Numbered from the stretch's first letter, positions 20,753 through 31,900 are shown. The stretch is 64,000 nucleotides of DNA from Thermoproteota archaeon (GCA_030550585.1 JAUQPB010000002.1:96001-160000), one strand, 5' to 3'. A program made the numbers and translations. Notes: generated by a model not told the origin, from the letters alone.

Positions 20753-21211
20753 ATGGATCTCAGTTATCAAAAAAGGTTGGCGGCTGAGATACTGGGTGTA
20801 GGAGAATCTAGGATAAGGTTCGATATCTCAGCTATTGATAGAATAGAGGGTGCTGTAACAAAGGAGGAAATAAGGAGACTGATAAAAGATGGTGTCATAT
20901 ATGCTGAATATGCGAAGAGCAATTCGAGAGGGAGATGGCGAGAGTTTCACGAGGAAAGAAAGGAGGGACGGCATAGAGGACAAGGGAAGAGGAAGGGTGC
21001 TAAAGGAGCAAGAACAGATCCTAAAAGACTATGGATAAATAGGATCAGAAAGATTAGGAGGTATCTCAAATGGCTCAGAGATAATGGAGTCATAGACAAG
21101 AAGACATATAGATTGTTGTATAGGAAAGCAAAAGGAGGAGCGTTTGACAGTCTAGCCTCTTTAAAAAGGTATATGAAGGAACAAAATATTCTACCTCAAA
21201 ACGCTAGGTGA
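20753..21211 (+). CDS. rpl19e: 50S ribosomal protein L19e
   Basis: QKRLAAEILGVG, GRHRGQGKRKG, YRKAKGG. Confidence 0.95.
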   Translation: MDLSYQKRLAAEILGVGESRIRFDISAIDRIEGAVTKEEIRRLIKDGVIYAEYAKSNSRGRWREFHEERKEGRHRGQGKRKGAKGARTDPKRLWINRIRKIRRYLKWLRDNGVIDKKTYRLLYRKAKGGAFDSLASLKRYMKEQNILPQNAR

Positions 21212-21215
21212 TTAG

Positions 21216-21878
21216 GTGAGTAAATTGGCTCATGGGCCAAATTATAAAGTAGCTAGAAGGAGAAGAAGGGAAGGGAAGACAAACTACCATAAAAGATATA
21301 AACTTGTGAGAAACAAACACATAATTCTAGTAATCAGGAAGACCAACAAGTACATAAATGTTCAATTCGTTTATCCAACACCTATAGGAGATTACACAAT
21401 AGCATCTGCTCACAGCAGAGAGCTCATAAAACTATTTGGATGGAGAGGTGGAACAAAGAATACGCCAGCAGCATATCTTGTAGGGCTTTTGGCTGGCTTA
21501 AGAGCGAGTAAACTGGGAATTAAAGAAGCTATAGCTGATATAGGTCTTCATAGACCTGTCAAAGGGTCGAAAGTATTTGCAGTAATAAAAGGTGTTATCG
21601 ATGGTGGTGTAAAGGTTCCTGTGGATCAAGAGATGCTACCGAGCGACGATAGAGTGAAAGGTGTTACGATAGCCGAATATGCTAAGATGCTAAGTGAAAA
21701 AGATCCAGAGAAGTTTAATAGGCAATTCTCTATGTTGCTTAGATCAGGTTTTGATCCAAGGAACATAGTTGAACACTTTGAACATGTAAAGAATGCAATA
21801 ATAAACGTTTATTCCTCTATACCGGAGAATAAAAATGTTGCAAACATCATTGAGAGTTTATTGAAGAAAGGCGTGTGA
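21216..21878 (+). CDS. rpl18: 50S ribosomal protein L18
   Basis: [23 protein letters not shown]. Confidence 0.95.
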   Translation: MSKLAHGPNYKVARRRRREGKTNYHKRYKLVRNKHIILVIRKTNKYINVQFVYPTPIGDYTIASAHSRELIKLFGWRGGTKNTPAAYLVGLLAGLRASKLGIKEAIADIGLHRPVKGSKVFAVIKGVIDGGVKVPVDQEMLPSDDRVKGVTIAEYAKMLSEKDPEKFNRQFSMLLRSGFDPRNIVEHFEHVKNAIINVYSSIPENKNVANIIESLLKKGV

Positions 21879-22531
21879 AAGGTGATGAAATGGCTATGAG
21901 TATAAATGTTGAGGAGTGGACTCCTAGGACAAGACTTGGCTGGATGGTTAAAGAAGGCAAGATAACATCAATAGACCAAGTATTCGCTATGAATGCAGTA
22001 ATAATGGAGCCTGAAATTGTTGATATTCTCCTTCCCAATTTAAAACAAGAGATTTTAGATGTTGTGCTAGTGCAGAAAATGACTGATGCCGGCAGGATTT
22101 CAAGATTTAGAGCTGTTGTTGCTGTTGGTAATGAAAATGGATATATCGGTCTAGGCATAGGAAAGGCAAAGCAGCTGAGGACAGCCATAGAAAAGGCTGT
22201 TATAGATGCTAAGCTGAATATAGTTCCTGTTAGAAGAGGTTGTGGAAGCTGGGAATGTAGCTGTAATGAACCTCATTCAGTTCCATTTAGAGTTCGCGGT
22301 AAATCTGGCAGTGTGGAAATAACATTAATTCCTGCGCCGCTTGGCGTAGGGATAGTCGCAGGAGAAGTTGCTAAAACAATTTTGCGTTTAGCTGGATTAA
22401 GAGATGTATGGACTTTCACAAAAGGCGAGACAAGAACAACAATAAATTTTGCTAAGGCTGTATACAACGCTCTTAAAAACACAAACAAATTTGTGACACC
22501 AGTTGACTGGGGTAAGAAAGCATGGGAGTGA
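21875..22531 (+). CDS. rps5: 30S ribosomal protein S5
   Basis: [24 protein letters not shown]. Confidence 0.96.
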   Translation: MKGDEMAMSINVEEWTPRTRLGWMVKEGKITSIDQVFAMNAVIMEPEIVDILLPNLKQEILDVVLVQKMTDAGRISRFRAVVAVGNENGYIGLGIGKAKQLRTAIEKAVIDAKLNIVPVRRGCGSWECSCNEPHSVPFRVRGKSGSVEITLIPAPLGVGIVAGEVAKTILRLAGLRDVWTFTKGETRTTINFAKAVYNALKNTNKFVTPVDWGKKAWE

Positions 22532-23013
22532 GCATAACAAAGTTGTATGCAATTATAAGGCTAAGAGGCGTTGTGGGAACTCCAAAAGATGTAGAGTATA
22601 CTCTACGTCTTTTGAGACTTACAAGAAAGTTTCACTGTGTTATATACCCAGCCACACCAGCGATAGAGGGAATGTTGGAAAAGGCTAAGGATTGGATTAC
22701 GTGGGGGGAGATAGATCTTCCTGTTTTAACTCAGTTACTTAAAACTAGGGGTAGAATAGTTGGAGGCAAACCGCTAACCGATGAATATGTTAAGAGGGTT
22801 TTAGGATTTGAAAATATAGATGCGTTAGCAAAGGCTATATTTGAGAATAAAGTGTTTTACCATAAATTAGAAGATTATGGAATAAAACCTGTGTTTAGGT
22901 TACATCCACCATCAAAAGGCTTCAAAGGAAGTATCAAAAAACCTTATAAAGATGGTGGAGAATTGGGATATAGAGGTAGGGATATAAACGATTTGTTGTT
23001 AAGGATGATGTAA
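22522..23013 (+). CDS. rpl30: 50S ribosomal protein L30
   Basis: IIRLRG, TWGEI, FRLHPP, GELGYRG. Confidence 0.95.
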   Translation: MGVSITKLYAIIRLRGVVGTPKDVEYTLRLLRLTRKFHCVIYPATPAIEGMLEKAKDWITWGEIDLPVLTQLLKTRGRIVGGKPLTDEYVKRVLGFENIDALAKAIFENKVFYHKLEDYGIKPVFRLHPPSKGFKGSIKKPYKDGGELGYRGRDINDLLLRMM

Positions 23014-23014
23014 A

Positions 23015-23458
23015 ATGGTTGTTAGAAGAGAGAAGAAGAGTAGAAAAATGCATGGGTATAGAAATCGAGGCTGGGGTAGCATAGGACAACACAGGAAGTC
23101 TGGGTCAAGAGGAGGTAGAGGGGCAAGCGGTATGCATAAACACAAATGGTCTTGGGTATTAAAATATTTCAGGGATTGGTTTGGAGACAAAGGTTTCATA
23201 TCAAGGAGTAGGAATACAATGGTGAAAGCTATAAATGTTGGTGAATTGAATGATATTGTTGCAAAATTGATGCAAAGTCAAAAGGCTGTTATAGAAGACG
23301 GTAAGGTGGTTATAAACCTATCCGAACTAGGTATAAACAAGCTTCTTGGGGGAGGAACAATTGGGTATCCAGTCAAGGTTTTTGTTGCATCATTTTCTAA
23401 AAAAGCTAAAGAGAAAATAGAAAAAGCAGGAGGTGTAGTACAAAAAATACTCCAATAG
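23015..23458 (+). CDS. rpl15: 50S ribosomal protein L15
   Basis: GQHRKSGSRGGRG, KLLGGG, KIEKAGG. Confidence 0.95.
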   Translation: MVVRREKKSRKMHGYRNRGWGSIGQHRKSGSRGGRGASGMHKHKWSWVLKYFRDWFGDKGFISRSRNTMVKAINVGELNDIVAKLMQSQKAVIEDGKVVINLSELGINKLLGGGTIGYPVKVFVASFSKKAKEKIEKAGGVVQKILQ

Positions 23459-23534
23459 AGTATTTATATTTTCCAGTCTTATACCAAACCTTCAAGATTT
23501 AAACTGACTGACTTCAGTTAATCATAATAGGTGT

Positions 23535-24914
23535 ATGAAGTTGGGGATAATCGAGGCTTTGGCAAAAATAGGGCTTGTGATACCATCTGCTCCAAGACCT
23601 GCTAGAAAAGTCTCTTTAGGAAAAAGGCTCTTGTTTACAGCACTAGTGGCAATAGCGTACGTTATGTTGGCTTCAACAAAGCTTTACGGCATTCAAATGG
23701 CTGGCAGGGGAACAATATCTCCGATTATAAGCATTATTTTGGCTATGCAGTCTGGAACTTTTGCACAGCTTGGTATCGGCCCTATAGTTACAGCTGGTCT
23801 GATTCTGCAGATACTTGTTGGTGCAAAGATATTAAACCTAGATTTAAACGATCCTGAAGCCAGAAAGAACTTTACATTGGCTTCCAAAGGTCTTGGAATA
23901 ATATTAGCTGTTGTAGAGGCAACGGGTTTTGTGGTGAGTGGGGTTTACTGGTACGTTCCCCAAGCTGTCCCCATATGGATTAAGATCGCTGTCGTCCTTC
24001 AGCTTCTGTGGGGTGGAATAGTGATTATAATGCTTGATGAGGCTGTACAAAAAGGTTGGGGGCTTGGCAGTGGTGTAAGTCTCTTTATTTTAATAGGTGT
24101 TGCATGGAGGTTTTTCAGCGATCTTTTCACGCCTTATCCTCTTCAGACTGGAGGGGAAATATATGGGCTGGTACCATTTGTTATAACCAGTATTAGAAAT
24201 GGTGCATTAAACTTTTGGTACATTTTCATAGAGAGGCTTGCAATGGGCTATCCAACAATCGTTGGTTTTGTGACATCTATAGCTTTGATAGCAGCATTAT
24301 CTTATCTTAATGCTGCAAGAATAAATATACCAATAGTTGTGAGTAGATATGGAGGTATAAAAACTAAGGTTCCTCTACAACTTCTCTATGTAACTAACAT
24401 CCCTGTTCTGCTTACAGGTATACTGATATCAGATATATTACTCTTCTTGAATTTGTTTCAAAACTATATTGGAGCCAATACCGTTAACACTATTCGAGCC
24501 TATCTCTCCCCACCCACGCTATACGCGTTCATAATAAGGCCGTGGGAGTCTATAGCATATACGGTACTGTTTATGGCTCTGTGCATTCTGTTTGGCTTGT
24601 TATGGGTTGAGATAGCTGGTCTAAATCCGGAGGCTCAGGCAGAGAATCTAATAAAATCTGGGCTGGATATACCAGGTATGAGGAGAAACCCAAGAGTGTT
24701 AGCATCATATTTAGCAAGATACATATATCCACTTACAGTGTTTAGCTCAATAGTTGTAGCCTTGATATCGCTCATCGGCGATATATTCGGTAGTTATGGC
24801 ACTGGAACAGGATTATTGCTTGCAGTAGGGATAGTCTATAACTACTATCAGATACTACTGTATGAGAGAACACTTGAGATGTATCCAATGCTCCGAAGGT
24901 TAGTAGGTGAATAG
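23535..24914 (+). CDS. secY: preprotein translocase SecY
   Basis: LGIGPIVTAG, GLGSGVSLFI, LYVTNIP, IPGMRR, GTGLLL; multiple TMs. Confidence 0.96.
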   Translation: MKLGIIEALAKIGLVIPSAPRPARKVSLGKRLLFTALVAIAYVMLASTKLYGIQMAGRGTISPIISIILAMQSGTFAQLGIGPIVTAGLILQILVGAKILNLDLNDPEARKNFTLASKGLGIILAVVEATGFVVSGVYWYVPQAVPIWIKIAVVLQLLWGGIVIIMLDEAVQKGWGLGSGVSLFILIGVAWRFFSDLFTPYPLQTGGEIYGLVPFVITSIRNGALNFWYIFIERLAMGYPTIVGFVTSIALIAALSYLNAARINIPIVVSRYGGIKTKVPLQLLYVTNIPVLLTGILISDILLFLNLFQNYIGANTVNTIRAYLSPPTLYAFIIRPWESIAYTVLFMALCILFGLLWVEIAGLNPEAQAENLIKSGLDIPGMRRNPRVLASYLARYIYPLTVFSSIVVALISLIGDIFGSYGTGTGLLLAVGIVYNYYQILLYERTLEMYPMLRRLVGE

Positions 24915-24932
24915 AATCTGAATGCTGTAGTC

Positions 24933-25382
24933 ATGCTAGCACTTACAATAAGTCTTACAGTAAATACCCTAGCTCTCTATGGTACAATAAATGTTGTTAA
25001 ACGATATAATATTTCAAAGCAGAGTGCTATGATTGAGCGAACAGTTAGAAAGGCTTATATAAGCAGAAAGAAATATATTGTTGCCTCGTCACAAGTGCGG
25101 AAGATTAGGGGAAGCATTTTTAAGTTATCAATGTTTCAATTTATAATACCATTCACCTTCTACATCATAGCACTTGTCCTATATGCATTAATAACTGCAA
25201 TTCTTTTTGGAAACTACGTTGATGTGATAAAAATCAACAGTGTTTGTATAGCTCCCATTCCAATAGCGTTTCCAGCGGGGGGTGCATGTAGCCTATCAGT
25301 TGTATGGATACACTTCCTAGTATTCCTATTATATCTGCCCCTATATGACTACTATGCTAAGAGGTATCTTGGTCAATATTAA
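24933..25382 (+). CDS. membrane protein, probably DUF106/EMC3-TMCO1 family (short)
   Basis: three hydrophobic segments; position between secY and rpl34e. Confidence 0.5.
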   Translation: MLALTISLTVNTLALYGTINVVKRYNISKQSAMIERTVRKAYISRKKYIVASSQVRKIRGSIFKLSMFQFIIPFTFYIIALVLYALITAILFGNYVDVIKINSVCIAPIPIAFPAGGACSLSVVWIHFLVFLLYLPLYDYYAKRYLGQY

Positions 25383-25495
25383 GTTGTGTATTCTATAAAC
25401 AACAAATAGTAAATAGGTTCATCATTTAAAGCTTATAAGCGTGGGCATAGCAACATTTTGTATATAGTAATGGCTAAAGCTGGTGTTTTTAATAT

Positions 25496-25771
25496 ATGAC
25501 GAGACCTGCTCTCAGGTCAAGATCCTATAAGAGGGTGTATAGAAGGACACCAGGCGGGAAAACTGTTGTGCACTATGAGAGAAGAAAGAACACCCCAATG
25601 AGATGTGCCAGATGTGGTACAATATTAAATGGAGTCCCGATAAAAGATTATCTGAGAAGGAAATTGCCTAAGACATTAAAAAGACCTCAGAGAATGTTTG
25701 GAGGCGTTCTCTGTGCTAATTGTTTGAGAGAGGTTCTAAAGATTGTGGTGAAAGAATCTGTCGCAAAATAA
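25496..25771 (+). CDS. rpl34e: 50S ribosomal protein L34e
   Basis: RRTPGG, CARCG, RPQRMFGGVLCANC. Confidence 0.95.
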   Translation: MTRPALRSRSYKRVYRRTPGGKTVVHYERRKNTPMRCARCGTILNGVPIKDYLRRKLPKTLKRPQRMFGGVLCANCLREVLKIVVKESVAK

Positions 25772-26315
25772 GAAAATTGTTATAGCAATAGGTGGTCCAC
25801 CAGGTAGTGGAAAAACAACGGTTGCAAAGCTTGTTGCTCAAAAATATGGTTTAAGACATGTTTCAATAGGGCAGATTTTTAGACGCATAGCTAGTGAACG
25901 AGGTCTTTCTCTTGCTCAGCTAACTGAGATTGCAGCTAGGGATCCGTCCATAGACTTAATGCTAGACTCTATTGCAAAGGAAGAGGCAAGAAAAGGCAAT
26001 GTGGTTATAGATGGCCATGCAGCTCCTTGGCTACTGAAAGGGCTTGCAGATCTAAGAATAGCTATAGTTGCGAGTTTTGATGTTAGGATCCAAAGGCTTG
26101 CCGAAAGAGATAAAAGACAGCTTGAGGAGGTTCTAAAAGAGACTAGGCTAAGAGAAGAGATAGAGAGGCACAGGTTTCTAAAACTTTACAACATCGACAT
26201 TAGTGATTATACGGACTTCGACCTAGTGATTAATAGTGAAAGATTTACCCCCGAAGAAATTGTTGAGATTATAGACAAAGCACTTGAAATTATATCTAGA
26301 AATACTAGAAAATAG
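25758..26315 (+). CDS. cmk: cytidylate kinase (probable non-canonical CTG start)
   Basis: frame extends upstream of the tracked ORF through P-loop IAIGGPPGSGKTT; in-frame TGA at 25749; GGTGA SD 6 nt before CTG 25758; syntenic between L34e and L14e. Confidence 0.85.
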   Translation: MSQNKKIVIAIGGPPGSGKTTVAKLVAQKYGLRHVSIGQIFRRIASERGLSLAQLTEIAARDPSIDLMLDSIAKEEARKGNVVIDGHAAPWLLKGLADLRIAIVASFDVRIQRLAERDKRQLEEVLKETRLREEIERHRFLKLYNIDISDYTDFDLVINSERFTPEEIVEIIDKALEIISRNTRK

Positions 26316-26362
26316 CTTAAAAACCTTTCCAATTATTAAAGATATACCACAGCAAAAATGAG

Positions 26363-26674
26363 GTGGCAGATGTGCCAGCAATAGAAATTGGAAGAATATG
26401 TGTAAAGATTGCTGGTAGAGAAGCTGGTAGAAAATGTGTGATAGTAGATATAATAGACGATAACTATGTACTTATAACAGGGCCAAAACAAGTTTCTGGA
26501 GTGAAAAGAAGGAGATGTAATATAAATCATATAGAGGTGCTCGACAAAAAAATTGAGATACAAAAAGGAGCATCAGATGAAGAAGTTGCCAAGGCTCTAG
26601 AACAAGCAGGACTTATAGAGTTTATGAAGGAGAGGATAAAGGTTAGGCTAACACCAGCGCTGCTCAAGAAATAA
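26363..26674 (+). CDS. rpl14e: 50S ribosomal protein L14e
   Basis: [24 protein letters not shown]. Confidence 0.95.
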   Translation: MADVPAIEIGRICVKIAGREAGRKCVIVDIIDDNYVLITGPKQVSGVKRRRCNINHIEVLDKKIEIQKGASDEEVAKALEQAGLIEFMKERIKVRLTPALLKK

Positions 26675-26750
26675 TCATTCTGTTGCATGGGAATATTTTA
26701 CATTTCTAACAAAAATATTTCTAGTAAATATGAAAATTTGTGGGAGGGTT

Positions 26751-27835
26751 ATGAATATAGAAAGTGAAAAAGGTTTCAATTTTTTAAAGAAGCTAGATGA
26801 AATAGCGGGTAAGACACGTAATTATATAGTCAAGTCAGAAGCTGAAACAGACCCTAGATATGGGTTCTACCCACCTGAAAGACCTATCGACATTTATATA
26901 AGTTACGGGTTTATTCCACTAGACAAGCCCCCTGGTCCAACAAGTCATGAAGTTGTGGCATGGATTAAGAAAATGTTTGGAGTCTCTAAGGCTGGGCATG
27001 GAGGTACCCTAGAGCCCAAACCCTAGATGGGTTTGGGCGGGGAGACCCAAAGGTTACAGGAGTACTTCCAGTAGCTCTAGAAAATGCTACTAGAGTAATA
27101 GGATTGCTTATGCATTCCTACAAAGAGTATGTGGCTTTAATGGAGCTTCACGATAAGGTTGAAGTGGATAGGCTTATAGAGGTCATGAACATGTTTGTTG
27201 GCAAGATATATCAAAGACCACCCCTAAGATCATCTGTTAAAAGATCTTTGAGAGTCAAGGAGGTATATTCAATAGAGGTTCTAGAGATTGAGGATGGAAA
27301 ACATGTTCTGTTTAAAGTTAGATGTGAGTCTGGAACTTATATAAGGAAGCTTTGTCATGATATAGGTCTTCTGCTTGGTGTTGAAGCACATATGAGGGAG
27401 TTGAGAAGGACTGCAGTTGCTCATATAAGGGAGGATCTACCTGTTGTAACTATGCATGAGGTTAGCGAAGCTCTTTATCTTCATCGTAAATATGGGGATG
27501 AGACCCTCATTCGAAAGGTTGTTCTACCAGGAGAATTTATAGTTGCTCACTTACCAAGGATTATAGTAAAAGATTCTGCTGTTGGCGCTATAACACATGG
27601 TGCTCAACTTGCGGCACCTGGTGTAGTTGCCTTATCGAATGACGTTAAAAAAGGTGATAGGGTAGCTATATTCACATTGAAGGGAGAGCTTATAGCTGTT
27701 GGCAAAAGTGTTATGGATGTGGATGAAATTATGAAAAGTGAGAAGGGTATTGTGGCAAATATCGAGCGTGTTGTTATGCAACCAAATATATATCCACCTA
27801 TGTGGAGGAAAGCCAAGAAAGCAGAGGGATCATGA
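26751..27835 (+). CDS. cbf5: H/ACA pseudouridine synthase Cbf5, two exons (join ~26751-27012, 27045-27835)
   Basis: [18 protein letters not shown][D]PKVTGVLP restored after removing 32 nt, GTYIRKLC, C-terminal PUA domain. Confidence 0.93.
27013..27044 (+). other. 32-nt BHB-type intron in cbf5 pre-mRNA
   Basis: CCCT-AGA bulge, 10-bp hairpin GCCCAAACCC/GGGTTTGGGC, GGGG-AGA bulge; removal restores the frame and the Asp codon GAC. Confidence 0.9.
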
Positions 27836-28440
27836 CAGATTCGCACTATTATTCGAGAAAGGTAAAGAGAAGAGGTAACTATGCATTAATATCAGATGTT
27901 ATTAGAGGGATTACAGTAGAGTTTGAAGTTGTGCCAGGCCTATTCTCATATAAGAGAATTGATGAAGGCACAAAACTTCTTCTAGAACATGCTGAAGTAC
28001 CTGAAGAAGGTGTGGTACTCGATATGGGGTGTGGCTATGGTGTAATAGGGATTACCATAGCTAAGCTAAATCCAAAGCTAAGGGTTTATATGATAGATAT
28101 AAATGAAGAAGCTGTGAGACTGGCAAGAAGAAATGTTATCAGAAACAAACTAGATATAAACTCTATTATAGTTCTACATGGTAATTTATATGAACCAGTA
28201 GCGAACATGGCTTTTGACGCAATATACAGCAACCCACCCTTTGCAGCAGGTTCAGATGTTGTAGAAAGGATAATAGTAGAAGCACCAAAACATCTAAATA
28301 TAGGAGGAACGCTACAAATAGTTGCAAGAAAGGGCGCTGAAAAAATTGAGAAATTAATGAAACAGACCTTTGGCGAAGTAGAGATAAAAGCCTCTAAAAA
28401 AGGCTACAAAGTGCTTCTCGCACGAAAATTAAAATTATAA
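27832..28440 (+). CDS. class I SAM-dependent methyltransferase (RsmC/MTS-like)
   Basis: PGLFS..IDEGTKLL, VLDMGCGYG, SNPPF. Confidence 0.9.
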   Translation: MTDSHYYSRKVKRRGNYALISDVIRGITVEFEVVPGLFSYKRIDEGTKLLLEHAEVPEEGVVLDMGCGYGVIGITIAKLNPKLRVYMIDINEEAVRLARRNVIRNKLDINSIIVLHGNLYEPVANMAFDAIYSNPPFAAGSDVVERIIVEAPKHLNIGGTLQIVARKGAEKIEKLMKQTFGEVEIKASKKGYKVLLARKLKL

Positions 28441-28508
28441 GCCATTTTCATAAACAATTAAAAACAAAACAACTAGAAAAACAAAGTGAGTGTAACAAAC
28501 ATCAATGC

Positions 28509-28596
28509 GCCGGGGTGCCCGAGCGGTCTAAGGGGCTGGCCTTGAGAGCCAGTGGGGTATATCCCCGCGCGGGTTCAAATCCCGCCCCCGGCGCCA
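28509..28596 (+). tRNA. tRNA-Ser(UGA)
   Basis: acceptor GCCGGGG/CCCCGGC, anticodon arm CTGGC-CTTGAGA-GCCAG, long variable arm, GGTTCAAATCC, encoded CCA. Confidence 0.96.
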
Positions 28597-28794
28597 AACA
28601 ATCGTTCCAAATATTATCTCAAGTAATATTCATCCGGGTGAATGATATTAACGTTGTGAATTTTGAATAATGTGAATAATTATGTTAGTAGAGCTTTAGA
28701 GAATATTATGTGCAGACATGCCAAGAACAATATTTCAAAAGCAAAAATGAAGGTCTGTCATGTATTATGAAGAGGTTGAAGCGGTTATATATTC

Positions 28795-28830
28795 AAAAAA
28801 CTGTTGTCATGGTGATTTCAACAGTTTTTT
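28795..28830. repeat. perfect 12-bp inverted repeat upstream of the glycosidase gene
   Basis: AAAAAACTGTTG-N12-CAACAGTTTTTT. Confidence 0.7.
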
Positions 28831-28981
28831 ATAGAGTATGAATAGGTAATGCTAGGAATACCTTAGTATACTCTACATTGATAATTTACAGCTATAAAGA
28901 TCAGTTTTTGTTGCATATAAAATAAGATTTATTTTTTTAAATAAAGCATAGAGTAGCACACTGAGTGTTGGGTGGGTTCAT

Positions 28982-31900
28982 ATGGGACTTTCAAGCAAAA
29001 GAATAGCATCGGTGATTATGTCAATATTAATGCTCTTAATAGCAATGTTATCGATGACCATGTTAATTATCGAACAGAGATCTAATGTTTTAGCGCAATC
29101 ATCTGTTGAGTACTTTGTTGAAAATGGGGAGGTGTATATGAAGCTGCCAGACGGTACCACCAAAGCAATATATTTAACAGGTGTTAACTGGTTTGGCTTT
29201 GAGACAACAAATTATGTTGTTCACGGTCTTTGGGCTAGGAATTGGGTGGATATGCTAAATCAGATGAAGAGCCTAGGCTTCAACGCTATAAGATTACCCT
29301 TCTGCCCGCCCTCTGTAACACCAGGTACAACACCTTCATCCATAGACTATAACAAGAACCCAGATCTGCAGGGGCTCGACTCAGTGTCTATTATGGAGAA
29401 AATCATACAAAAAGCTGGTGAATTAGGGATCTTCATAATTCTTGACTTCCACAGGATTGGCTGTAACGATATAGAGCCACTATGGTATACAAGCTCGTTT
29501 ACAGAGCAAGACTATATAAATGTCTGGAAATCAGTGGCTCAAAGATTTGGTAAATACCCAAATGTGGTGGGGGCTGACCTCAAAAACGAGCCTCATTGCC
29601 CTATTGGAATGTCTAGACAAGACTGCTATACAAGTGGCCAGGGAGCAACATGGGGTGTAGGTAACCAGAAAACTGACTGGAATCTAGCCGCAGAGAGAAT
29701 AGGTAATGCTGTCCTTAGCGTTGCTCCTCACTGGCTAATAATCGTTGAAGGTACTCAATACACAAATCCCAAGTCTGACAACGTATCCTTGTATCCAGAT
29801 GCTGTTTACTGGGGCGAAAACCTAAGGGCAGTAAAAGACTACCCTGTAAACTTGCCTAGCAACAAACTACTCTACTCGGCACATGAATACGGACCTGACG
29901 TATATGTACAGCCATATTACAACGACCCGAATATATATCCAAATAATTTAAATCTAATATGGGAGCAAAATTGGGGTTATGTTAGAACAAAGCTGGGACT
30001 ACCAGTATTCTTAGGCGAGTTTGGAGGAAAATATGGACATGGGGGAGATTCACGAGATGTTACATTCCAGCAGAAACTCGTAGATTACCTCATAAACACA
30101 GGAATATGCTGGTGGACATACTGGAGCTGGAACCCCAACAGCGGAGACACAGGCGGAATACTGCAAGATGACTGGATCACAATATGGCAAGACAAATACA
30201 ATAACCTCAAGAGGTCGATTGATTACTGCAAATCCAAATACGGGGAAGTGTGGGCGCCAAGTGCAACTACATCTCCAACTACAGTTACAGCAACTATAAT
30301 CACCACTACGACTGCTACGACGACCACATCTCCAAGAACAACCACTACAACTTCTCCGACAACCACTACACAGGTGACAACAACTGCTACTACGCTTAGG
30401 ACAACTACTACTACTGTAGTTACAACTACGGCTTATACGAGTTATGTTACTGTGTTGTCTGGTGTTGTTAGTGTTCCTGTTACTGCTTCTGCTGTTTTCA
30501 CTATTACCTCTCCTGTTACCACTACTGTAACTGCTGTTACAACGACTACTGTTCCTGTGACGATTGTTGCTACAGTTACATTAACAGTTCCGGTAACAAC
30601 AACTGTTACACCAACAACTACAACTACTACCACTACCACTAGTACAACAACCACAACTACACAAGTAACAACAACTACTACAACTACTTCGGCTGCTGGT
30701 CTTGTTTCTGCTCCTTCGACGAAGGTTGTTGTTGTTGCTTCTAGGCCTGGTGGTTTGTCTGGTGTTTTGCAGTTCAAGGTTTTGAGTGGTGGTACTATAT
30801 CTACCTCCTCTGGGAGTATATCAATTCCGAGTGGTGCTACTGTTTCAATTGATTTTGCTAGTAGTAGTGGTTCTCTTTGGATTGGTGCAGATGGTTGGAT
30901 GTCTGCATCTGGTATAAGCGTTAAAGCCATATATGTTAATGGTAATCAGGTTGCTGGCTCAACAACTATAACGGGTGTTACAAATGTTAGAGTAGATCTA
31001 TCGTCTATAATGACGTCTCTGACGCTAACAATATCTGGTAGTGGTTGGACACAGATAACATATGGTGGACAAACACTTGTTTCTGGCTCGAACAGCCAGA
31101 CAATTGTCATTCCAAACATTGGTGCAACATCTAGCCAACCACTAAACCTGAACATGGGAAGCAACAGCATATACCTAGAAGCAACATCTAGCCAACCACA
31201 AATAGGAGCTACAACAACCACAACAACTACCACTACTATGACCACTCCAACGACTACTCCTACAACTATAATCACTACTACATCTCCGACAACCACTACT
31301 ACGACTACTACTACGCCTAGAACGACGACTACTACAACCACATCTCCAACAACTACAACTACTCCTACAACTGTATCTCCAACGACAACAACCACAACTA
31401 CACAAGTAACAACAACTGTAGCATCAGCAACCATCATTACTGCTATTCCTGGTGTTAACGATGTTACTGTTGTTGGAGATGCGAATAATATATGGCCTTG
31501 TGGTTTGATAGGTAATGAATTCTATGCTTGTGTTAATTTATGGGGTCTTAGTAATTATCAGGGTCGGTTTAGTGGTCAAGTGGTTATGGTTCACAGGGCT
31601 GGAGGTCCGCTGATAGTTAATAACAGCCTTGTGTTAACAAACATAAATCTAAATCCATGGGATGTGATAGCGTATCACGAGGTTGTATATGGGGCATCTC
31701 CATGGGAGTCTCAGACACCTTATAGTAAGGGTGTTAGCGCGCTACTTATGCCTAGAAAGGTGAGCGAGTTTCCGAGAGTTATAGCATATTTAGACTACTC
31801 ATTCGACAAGTTTAACACAGCTGTGAACTTCGCGTTTGATTTGTGGCTCAAGAGAAATCCATCTACAGCTGGTGTTCAGCAAGGAGATATAGAGCTTATG

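Noticed and set aside
26730-27835. cbf5 as a frameshifted pseudogene or two separate genes
   Set aside because: A BHB intron explains the break, and its removal restores the catalytic motif.
30259-31430. Repetitive ACN tracts as a possible CRISPR or tandem array
   Set aside because: There is no constant repeat with unique spacers, and the tracts are in-frame protein linkers.
30442-31437. Val-rich and Cys/Ser-rich antisense ORFs (30442-30930, 30946-31437, 31175-31405)
   Set aside because: They are shadows of the Thr-codon linkers of the glycosidase on the opposite strand.
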